The notes below the pieces were generated by a model. The model was not told where the DNA came from. It searched no databases and saw nothing but the letters and a program-made list of their open reading frames with translations. This document shows positions 53,741 through 64,000 of a stretch of DNA of 64,000 nt, piece after piece. The DNA is from Octopus vulgaris (lineage: Eukaryota). Position 1 is the stretch's first letter, and every line of letters starts with the position of its first letter. The position numbers were made by a program, and so were the translations under genes. Location: assembly GCA_951406725.2 (NCBI GenBank), contig OX597836.1, positions 33,480,001 to 33,544,000 on the forward strand, read 5' to 3'.

Positions 53741-53970
53741 ATAGGAAAAGGAAAGATCCAAAGAAGGGAAGACGTAGGAAAAACAATCGCCAACAGTACA
53801 CACGTGGTCACACACTCACACACATATACATACACTCACACATCTACATTCTCGTGTACACACACACATACACACGCATATACACACATACATATATACA
53901 TTTTTGGAGACACTGTATCTATCCAACCCATGCCAGCATGGAGAACAGACATTAGATGATGATGATGATG

Positions 53971-54011
<41 letters not shown>

Positions 54012-54888
54012 TATATGTAAGAGAAAATATACATTAAAAAACATTGTTTGAAAGATCAATATTCCATCATAAGTGAACATATAGGTTTAGTTCTGAACAT
54101 TAACCAGACAGCTTTTGCACCGCCAATCCCTAACGCCTTCATTTACATATACACATACATATATAGACACACACATACTCACACATTCACATACAGATGT
54201 GTGTGTTTCTATGTGAATATGTCTGGCTGCGTGCATGTACATATGAATATATACATGTATACACACACATATACATGCATACGCACACATCCATATATAC
54301 ATGTATGCACATACATATATATGCATACATATATACACACACACACACATATATACACACATACACATACATACACACATATATACATATACACACATAC
54401 ACAAATGCACACACACATATTTACACATATATATACACTCATATATACACATATATATATAGATATATATGTATATATATATATATACATATATACACAT
54501 GTATATATACGTATGTATATATACATGTATATATACACACACAGACATATATATATATATATATATACATGTATATATACAGATGTATATGTATATATAC
54601 ATATATATACATATGAATATATACATATATATACATATGAATATATACATATATATACATATGAAAATATATATATACATACATATATATATATATATAC
54701 ACATCATCATCATTGTTTAATGTCCACTTTCCATGCTAGCATGTGTTGGACGATTTTGACTAAGGGCATGCGAACCAGATGGCTGCACCAGGCTCCAATC
54801 TTGATCTGGTAGAGTTTCTACAGCATGATGCCCTTCCTATACATATACACACATATATATATACATATATATAAATATATATACATAT

Positions 54889-54923
<35 letters not shown>

Positions 54924-55530
54924 CATACATACATATACACATATATATATACATTTCTATGCATATATATATATATGTATAAATATACACACACACACAC
55001 GTCTTTACATCTGTATATCTTCACATACATACACACACTTTTCCTTCTCTAACACACATTTACATATACATACTCAAATTCACGTACAAAGTACATATTC
55101 ACGTACATATACACACAAATACACACACATATATCTATACATCTTCAAAAAATATAAACGTATTTGTTTTCATTCTGTAGCTCTTACACACAGACACACA
55201 CACACACACACATATTTATAGGTATATATACACCCACACATATCAATACATGTACACATATTTATATGTACGCATACAGTCAGATATATCTACACACGTG
55301 CAAACACACATACACATTTATATGTATGTATATATTCAGATATATCTACATATGTACAAACACACACGCACACACACTTTTAGTTACAAAAAACAAACAA
55401 AAAAATAAAAAGTAGGTTTCATATTTCTCCTGAGACTTCGGTGAATAGTTTCTCTGCTCTCTCTCCACATTTCTATGATTTGAATGGCAGTATCTGATCT
55501 GAATTTACTGCTGTCATATCAGAGCTAGTA

Positions 55531-55567
<37 letters not shown>

Positions 55568-55576
55568 ATCATCATG

Positions 55577-55795
55577 AAGGTGGTAGGCTGGCAGAAACAT
55601 TAGCACATCGGGCGAAATGCTTAGCGGTATTTCGTCTGCTGCTATGTTCTGAGTTCAAATTCCACCAAGGTCGACTTTGCCTTTCATCCTTTCGGGGTCA
55701 ATAAAACAAGTACCAGTTATGCACTGAGGTCAATGTAATTGATTAGCCCCCTTCCCCCAAAATTTCAGGCCTTGTGCTTATAGCAGAAAGGATTA
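55577..55795 (+). mobile_element. SINE-B type ii flanked by (ATT)n on both sides (similar at 36373-36590)
   Basis: TGGCAGAAAC A-box region, GAGTTCAAATTCC B box, AGAAAGGATTATT tail. Confidence 0.87.
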
Positions 55796-57030
55796 TTAAT
55801 TATTATCATTATTACTATTATTATTATGACAAGTGGCAGAATCGGTGGCACACTGGGTAAAATGTTTAGAGACAATTCTTTTGAGGTTTTGAGTTCAAAT
55901 TCTGCTGAGGTTAACTTTGCCTTTCATGTTTTTGGAGGTGATAACCTAAGATCTAATCAAGTATTTGTGCCATATAGTGGGCAAATGTTTTCTACTATAG
56001 CCCTGGGCCAACCAAAACCATGTGAATGGATCTGGTAGATGGAGACTGAAGGAAGCCCAGCATATATGTGCGTGTGTGTGTATGCGTTTTTGTGTTTATC
56101 CCCCATCACCACTTGGCAACCAGTGGTGGTTTGTTTACATCCCTTTAACTTAGTGTTTTAGTGAAAGAGATTGGTAGAATAAACATCAGTGAAATCAAAA
56201 TCAAATTCGATGACTGGCATCCGTACTAGTGGAGCACTAAGAGCACCATCCGAGCGTGATTGTTGCCAGAGCGGGTAACTTGGCTTCTGTGCCAGTGGCA
56301 CGTATAAAGCACCATACGAGCATGATTGTTACCAGCGTCGCCTTACTGGCTTCCGTGCTGGTGGCATGGGAAAAAACATTCGAGCGAGGTCGTTGCCAGT
56401 GCCACTGGACTGGCTCCTGTACAGGTAGCACTAAAAAACACCATTTTGAGCATGGCCATTGCAAGTACTGCCTAACTGGCCCACGTGCCGGTGGCACATT
56501 AAAGCACCTGCTACACTCTCAAAGTGGTTGGTGTTAGGAAGGGCATGAAGCTGTAGAAACTCTGCCAGATCAAGATTGGAGCCTGGTGCAGCCATCTTGT
56601 TCGCCAGTCCTCAGTCAAATCGTCCAACCCATGCTAGCATGGAAAGCGGATGTTAAACGATGATGATGATATATACATATCCATTTAGTGGTTACATGCA
56701 CATGTGTGTGTGTGTCTCCTTGCTTTGATATATGATAGCTGTAAATGAGTGTCACTGTCATACAAGCAGTGTTGATCATTTCTAATATTGTACAAAAACA
56801 AGCCTGGCCACAAGGGTTGGTGACAGGAAGGGCATCCAGCTGTAGAAAATCTGTCTCAAAGAAACTCTGTTCAACCCATGCCAGTATGGAGAAGTGGACA
56901 TTAAATAATGATGGTCGCTAGTGATATGGCAAAATGGAAACAGGAATTGTGGTCCAAACGTCTTAAAAACAGAAGGGCAGATTGCTTAATGTAATCTTGG
57001 TTATTTGAAAAAAAGAAAAAACCTTGGGAT

Positions 57031-57329
57031 GACCATTTAGAGGGTTTAGGCTATATTGGTCATGGTATACAGCATGCCACTGCTAAATGATTTTGAACAG
57101 AGTTGGCTCTTCAGCCAGTTAGACTGACACCATTTTGAGTAATTTACAAAGAGTACAGTGTACAGGTGGTGGTTCTAAAGTACACTGCAGTGTCTAGGAA
57201 GACGGTTCCAGATGTCTGAGTCAAAAATGGTGTCAGTCTAACTGGCTGAAGAGCCAACTCTGTTCAAAATCATTTATCAGTGGCATGCTGTATACCATGA
57301 CCAATGTAGCCTAAACCCTCTAAATGGTC
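57031..57329. repeat. 106-bp near-perfect inverted repeat with 87-bp spacer
   Basis: 57031-57136 is the reverse complement of 57224-57329 with two mismatches seen. Confidence 0.93.
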
Positions 57330-57654
57330 TTTGATCTATGGTCTGCTTGATGAGGTTGTAAACAAAAACGACGACAACGAAGATAATTGTAAACGTGTGT
57401 CTTTAGGTTCCAGCTTCATATCTGAGAGAAGACACCTGTAGCTACAACTGGACAACAGGTGTGGCCTGTAATTTGACCTTTCACACAATTCGAAACAGAT
57501 TACAAAACCAAATAAAAAGAAGAAATCTCTTGTGTTGTTATTATTTTTGTTTGTGTCTGTGTTTTCTTTCCTTTTTTTTTTTGTCTGATAAATATTTGCA
57601 TGTCTGTCTTTGTATTTTATAAACAAACAAACAATTGTTGCTTGTTTCTCTCAG

Positions 57655-57712
57655 TTGGTTATTTACGTCCCATTAACTGAGCTGAAACTTAATCTGTGGC
57701 CTGATGGCTATG
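57655..57712 (+). other. Candidate 58-nt exon
   Basis: CTTGTTTCTCTCAG acceptor after ~130 nt AG-free zone containing TGCATG; ATG|GTGAGT donor; one open frame LVIYVPLTELKLNLWPDGY, not recognised. Confidence 0.35.
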
Positions 57713-57713
57713 G

Positions 57714-57887
57714 TGAGTAATTTACAAAGAGTACAGTGTACAGGTGGTGGTTCAAAAGTACACTGCAGTGTCTAGGAAGACGGTTCCAGATGTCCGAGTC
57801 AAAAATGGTGTCAAACTAACCGGCTGAAGAGCCAACTCTGTTCAAAATCATTTATCAGTGGCATGCTGTATACCATGACCAATCTAG
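57714..57887 (+). repeat. Direct repeat of 57136-57309
   Basis: Colinear at offset 578 with few substitutions. Confidence 0.92.
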
Positions 57888-58896
57888 TACTCAAACCAGG
57901 CATATCTTGTACATATTCTACCAGTTTCATGTTCAAACTGACCAGATCCGGCCTCTCACACCTACCCTACAATGTCATTCTAAAAATAATCATCGCATCA
58001 TTGAAATCATGAAGCTATGAGATAAACTGTGATCAACCCTTTGGCATTTAAACTGACCGTATTGCCATAGGCACAGGTGTGACTGTGTGGTAAGAAATTT
58101 GCTTCCCAACCAGATGGTTTCAGGTTCAGTTCCACTGCGTGGCACTTTAAGCAAGTGTCATATACTATGGCCTCGGGCTGACCACAGCCTTGTGAGTGGA
58201 TTTGGTAAACGGAAACTGAAAGAAGCCAGTCATATATATCATTGTTTGACATCCATCTTCAATGCATGCATAGGTAGGACAGTTAACAGGAGCCAACCAG
58301 GTATAAAATCTACCCAAGGCTACTGTGTCTGTTTCAGTGAAGATTTTACAGCTGAACATCCTTCCTAACACCAATCAGTCTGCAGAGTGGACTCAGTGCT
58401 TTTGACATGGCACTAGTACAGGCAAAGTTAGTTTTGGCATGTTTTTTACAGCTGGATGCCTTTCCAGATGGCAACCACTTTGCAGTGTGGATTGGTAGAG
58501 TAATCAAGCACCTCACAAGACAAGGAATTATGAGAGGGGCAGGGATTTGTGTGAGAGGATGAAAGGTGAGAGTGTGACAAAGAGACAGAGAGATAGAGAG
58601 ACAGACAGACAGAAGCAGGTGTCTCACCACAACAGTGGGGAGCATTAGAGGAGGTGATCCAGTATTAAATGATGAAAGGTTTGAGTGTAACAGAGAAATA
58701 GAGAGGCAGAAATAGGTGTCTTGCTATAGAGGAAGTACATGGTTGCCAAGTGAGAGAGAGAGAGAAAGAGTGAAAGAGAGAGGAAGAAGAAAGAGGCTAG
58801 AAACAAGTGTGCTGATGTAAAGGAGTTACTTGGTTACCTAGTCAGAAGAAAAACAAGACAAGGAGAGAGAGAGAGAGAGAGAGTGACCAAAGGGAA

Positions 58897-58934
<38 letters not shown>

Positions 58935-59898
58935 TAGGAAACAGTTAAAGTGTAAGAGAGAGCAGAAGAGAGATATATTTATGTGCATGTGTGTCTGTGT
59001 CCCCCACTCCATCACCACTTGACAACTGATGCTGATGTGTTTATATCCCTGTAACTTAGCAGTTTGGCAAAAGAGATTGATAGAATAAGTACGTACTAGG
59101 CTTCGAGGAACAAGTCCCGAGGCTGATTTCTTCAGCTAAAAACTGTTTAAGGTGGTGCTCCAGCATGGCTGGAATCAAATGACAGAAACAAGGAAAAGAA
59201 TATAAGAATACCCAACCCAGTTATTTAACCCGTTTTGAGGTTGAAACTGACCAGGTCCAGCCTCTCACACCTACCCTACAATGTCTACAATAACCAACGA
59301 CATCACGGAAATCTTGGGTCTGCAAGAGATGCCAAGATTCAATGAAGAAGACAATGTGACTAAACGAGCAATGCCCTTTCTGTCAGCAACCCACACTCGT
59401 TTCCAAAGCAAAGTAATATGTCACCGTCAGCAGAAAAGGTTTCCATGGAAGTCTGGCAAATGAAAGACATTGCCTCTGTGTGATGGTGACACTCACTTAC
59501 AACTATCACATGATGCCTAGGTAAAGAGACAGTAACACACACACACACACACTCCCTCTCTCTCTCACAGACACACACATGCACACACTCTCTCTCTCAC
59601 ACATATATGCACACTCACACACACACACGCACACTCACACACACATGCACACACACTCTCTCACACACACATGCACTCACACACACACACATGCACACAC
59701 TCACTCTCTCACACACATGCACTCACACACACACATGCACTCACACACACATGCACACTCTCACTCTCTCTCTCAAACACACATGCACACTCTCACTCTC
59801 TCTCAAACACACACTCACTCTCTCTCTCTCTCACACACACACAGGCACACTTTCTCTCTCTCACACATACACGTGCACACTCTCTCTCACACACATAC

Positions 59899-59943
<45 letters not shown>

Positions 59944-60248
59944 AATATATATATATGACAAACTTCTATCAGTTTCTGTCTACCAAATCCACTCACAAAG
60001 ACTTGGTCAGCCCTGGGCTGAAACAGTAAACACTTATCCAAAGTGTCACGCAGTGGAACTGAACCCAGAACCATGCAATTGGGAAGCAGCCTTCTTAGCA
60101 GACAGCCACACCTGTACCTACTAGACGCATGCTACTAAACAGAGCAAGACTTTTAATACTGCAGACCAATTAATCTGTCAGTCTACTTCCCTTAATCTTA
60201 ACAGTAATGAGAATCAGGACATATGTGTGCAAACATATCAGGAAATAA

Positions 60249-60295
<47 letters not shown>

Positions 60296-60437
60296 AAGAA
60301 AATGGAGACTCATAACCCCTATCTCACTTTGTTATAATACGCCAGCCAAGATAAGTTAATAATTGTCTAAAGTCGTAAGACGCTCCTGTCCTTTGTACTG
60401 TCCACCTTCGTGTTTTTTATTTCTGTTTTATATATAA

Positions 60438-60950
60438 CTAGCAGTATCGTTCGGCGTTGCTCAGGTTTGTAAGGGAAATAACTATATAAGCATTTTTAGA
60501 GAGTTACTTCCCTCATAGATGCCAATTCGGGCTTTCTTAGCCATTTCTGTTTTGGTGTCTTCAAGCCATGAAGTCATTGTTCTAAAAGAACACTGGTCTC
60601 CTTGACAACGCTTTACGACGTTGATTTCCTTACACTCCCTTCCCCACAGCTTCACGAGGGAGTGAAGAAGGGGGAGAAACAAACAGGTGCAGGTGTGACC
60701 ATGGACGCCAACTCCGCCGCCATCGACACACGAAAAATTATGCATTAAAATGGAATAAAAAATGATGTTAAATTATTTTTAAAATCGTGGACTCATCGTA
60801 GACGCTCGCTAATAGCCAGACGGGCTCGGTATGAATCACGACTATAAGATACCCGAATTTGGTTAAACTGCACCGCAAAACGGGGGAGTAGTTAGGAATC
60901 TAAATCGAAGGGGACAGACACTCACACAACTACAGTTTTATATATATAGA
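60438..60950 (-). mobile_element. Non-autonomous Helitron, second family
   Basis: Minus strand A|TCTATATATATAAAACTGTAG ... GAGCAACGCCGAACGATACTGCTAG|T; hairpin degenerate. Confidence 0.8.
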
Positions 60951-61225
60951 TTTTGTTTCTTGTATTTACATTCGTGTGGCATCCTGTCTTCGTTCCGTAT
61001 ACATTCGACCCTCTTTCCAAGAAATCCAATGCCTGTGGCTTGGATTTTCCTTGGGGCTGGCCGGATCGGAGTGATATCGAGATTAAACAGCCGAAATCAC
61101 TAAGATGATCCGGTTCCTGACTGAAGATTAGAGGCTTCGAGTGACCCGTCGGTTTTTTGTGTCGTCTCCTTGTGTGTTTTTGCGTTCTTGTCCCACTTTG
61201 TAATTTATATTTTATATTAAATTCT

Positions 61226-61274
<49 letters not shown>

Positions 61275-61289
61275 TTATGTTCATTTCTT

Positions 61290-61506
61290 TTATTCTTTTA
61301 CTTGTTTCAGTCGTTTGATAGTGGCCATGCTGGAGTACCACTTTTAGTCGAGCAAATCGACCCCAGGACTTATTCTTTGTAATCTAAGTACTTATTCTAT
61401 CGGTCTCCTTTGTTGAACCGCCAAGTTATGGGGATATAAACACACCGACTTCGGTTGTCAAGCAATGGTTGGAGGACAAACACAGACACAAATACATACA
61501 TGTATG

Positions 61507-61592
<86 letters not shown>

Positions 61593-61658
61593 CATACATG
61601 TATGTATGTGTATATATATATAAATATATATATATACATACATACATGTATGTATGTG

Positions 61659-61704
<46 letters not shown>

Positions 61705-61870
61705 CATACAATGGGCTCCTTTCAGTTTCCATCTACCAAATCCACTCACAAGGCTTTATAGTCAGTCCAAAGCTATAGTAGACGACACTTGCGCAAGGTG
61801 TCATGCAGTGGGACTGAACCGAGAGCCATATGATTAAGAAGCAAGTGTCCTACCACACAGCCATTCCTAC
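61290..61870 (-). mobile_element. SINE family A with expanded central microsatellite
   Basis: Both halves present around ~210 bp of (AT)n/(ATGT)n. Confidence 0.87.
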
Positions 61871-62035
61871 ATAATCACAGTCATGGCAGATACCGGTATC
61901 ACACAAAATTGGCACCTGTGCCAGTGGCACGTAAAAGCATCAATTTCACTCTCAGAGGGTTGGCATTAGGAAGGACATCCAACCATAGAATACCATACCA
62001 AATCGGGTTGGCATCTGGTGCAGCCTTCCAGTGTG

Positions 62036-62197
62036 CCAGCCCAGTCAAACTGTCCAGCCCAGTCAAACCGTCCAGCCCAGTCAAACCGTCCAGCCCAGTC
62101 AAACCGTCCAGCCCAGTCAAACCGTCCAGCCCAGTCAAACCGTCCAACCCAATCAAACCGTCCAACCCAGTCAAACCGTCCAGCCCAGTCAAACCGT
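62036..62197 (+). repeat. 18-bp minisatellite, nine units, inside a family D element
   Basis: CCAGCCCAGTCAAACCGT repeated. Confidence 0.95.
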
Positions 62198-63036
62198 CCA
62201 ACCCATGCCAGCATAGACAATGGACGTATGATGATGAAAACACTTTATAAAAGGTTCATAAGCAACCAAACCATCAGAGCTGAGCTTAGAGCGAGGCTAC
62301 AAATGCGATTATAGAAGATGCTGTTTTGCAAAGACCATCACATTCATGTATGCACTCAGCTTCTCAAATTTTGATACCAAGACCACCATTTTGGACAGGT
62401 GCATTTTGTTACTTGGTTATCAAAATATCAAAATATGAAGTGAACTTTCTAGAAGCTTCCATCAGGGCAATCTCAGCTGATGAGATGCATGCCTTCATAG
62501 GCAAATGCATAGACATCTCATGGCACAGGAGGTGCTATAAACCCGGATTTAGCCAGTGTGGAAAACCTCTGAGTTCAGATCTCCAGTTACGTATTGATCA
62601 TGCAATATACTTTAAATGCACACACATACACACCCAAAACAATAGCTTGGCAATTGAACAGTAGAGTTTACAGAGGGGCAAATTTAGAGAAGAAAAACTA
62701 TGTGGAAATGGAATAGAGAATAAACAATGATATAAGGTATACGATTTTATTAGACCTCTCTCATACACACACACACACACACACAGATATATTGGGTTCA
62801 AGAGAAGGCAGAAGTGGATGTTTTGAAATTATTAAAATATATAAACACATACGCTATAAATATATAGCTATAAATATATATATAAATATATACACTATAA
62901 ATATAACTATAACAAACATACACACTATAAATATGGAAAGTGAGTGTATATGCATGTACACACACACACACACAAAATTTCTTTGAAATTTTTGCAAAAC
63001 AGGCTTATATATATTTAAATACATATACACACATAT

Positions 63037-63075
<39 letters not shown>

Positions 63076-63098
63076 TACTCACCCATATATATATACAT

Positions 63099-63151
<53 letters not shown>

Positions 63152-63213
63152 CACAAATATGTATGTATATATATATATACACAAATAGGTATACATACAT
63201 ATACACAAATATG

Positions 63214-63247
<34 letters not shown>

Positions 63248-63609
63248 TATATATATACACACACACATATATATATATATATTAACATGCATACATTATA
63301 AATAGAAATTATTAAAAATATAACTACACACACACACACACTATAACTGTACAGACGAAATACGTAACCCATGCCAGCATGGAAAACGGATGTTGCTGAT
63401 TTAAATATAGATTATGAGAGAGCAAACGCACAATAGAAATCAGATAAGAAAAATCTATATACACTCCATAAACATAAATATGAAAAAGGTAAACACACTG
63501 CTATATATTATTATAAAAATATACATCATAAATGCGGTGAAAAAAATCTACACCCACTATGTAACTATGAAAAATGTATACATTAAAAAAATCACAAAAA
63601 TATACACAT

Positions 63610-64000
63610 AGGCATAGGAGTGGCTGTGTGGTAAATAGCTTGCTTACCAACCACATGGTCCTGGGTTCAGTCCCACTGCGTGGCACCTTGGGCAGGTGTC
63701 TTCTACTATAGCCTTGGGCCGGCCAAAGCCTTGTGAGTGGATTTGGTAGACGGAAACTGGAAAAAGCCTGTCGTATATGTATATATATATATGTGTATAT
63801 CTATGTGAGTGTATATGTTTGTCTGTGTTTGTCCCCACAATATCGCTTGACAACCGACGCTGGTGTGTTCACGTCCCCGTAACTTAGCGGTTTGGCAAAA
63901 GAGACCGATAGGATAAGTACTAGGCTTACAAAGAATAAGCTCTGGGGTCGATTTGCTCGACTAAAGGCGATGCTCCAGCATGGCCGCAGTCAAATGACTG
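63610..64000 (+). mobile_element. SINE family A running off the window end
   Basis: Matches reference copy through CAGTCAAATGACTG. Confidence 0.9.

Noticed and set aside
57240-57285. Hammerhead within the 57-kb inverted repeat
   Set aside because: CUGAAGA present but stem II does not pair and GAAA is absent

Overview
Repeat-saturated, AT-rich eukaryotic DNA, most likely an octopus (cephalopod) intronic or intergenic region. This taxon call rests on recognising the SINE families and the (AT)/(AC)/(GATA) microsatellite load, not on a database search. No intact host protein-coding gene is supported, and almost all listed ORFs are microsatellite or SINE read-through artefacts. The window holds dozens of tRNA-headed SINE copies in four families (informally A, B, C, E) plus an RTE-tail-like repeat (D). 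It also holds 3' fragments of an R4/Dong-type LINE, a CR1 LINE and a probable RTE LINE with three C2H2 fingers, two non-autonomous Helitrons, mariner, piggyBac-like and hAT-like MITEs, and five SINE-derived tandem arrays. Most interesting: (1) several type I hammerhead ribozyme motifs in short microsatellite-flanked, Penelope-like islands, with sibling copies that have lost the ribozyme; (2) two candidate recursive splice sites (AG|GTAAG) on the minus strand; (3) a 106-bp inverted repeat whose arm could pair on either side of a candidate 58-nt exon; (4) recurrent SINE-into-SINE junctions where the tail subtype tracks the junction site. All coordinates were read by eye and repeat boundaries are approximate.
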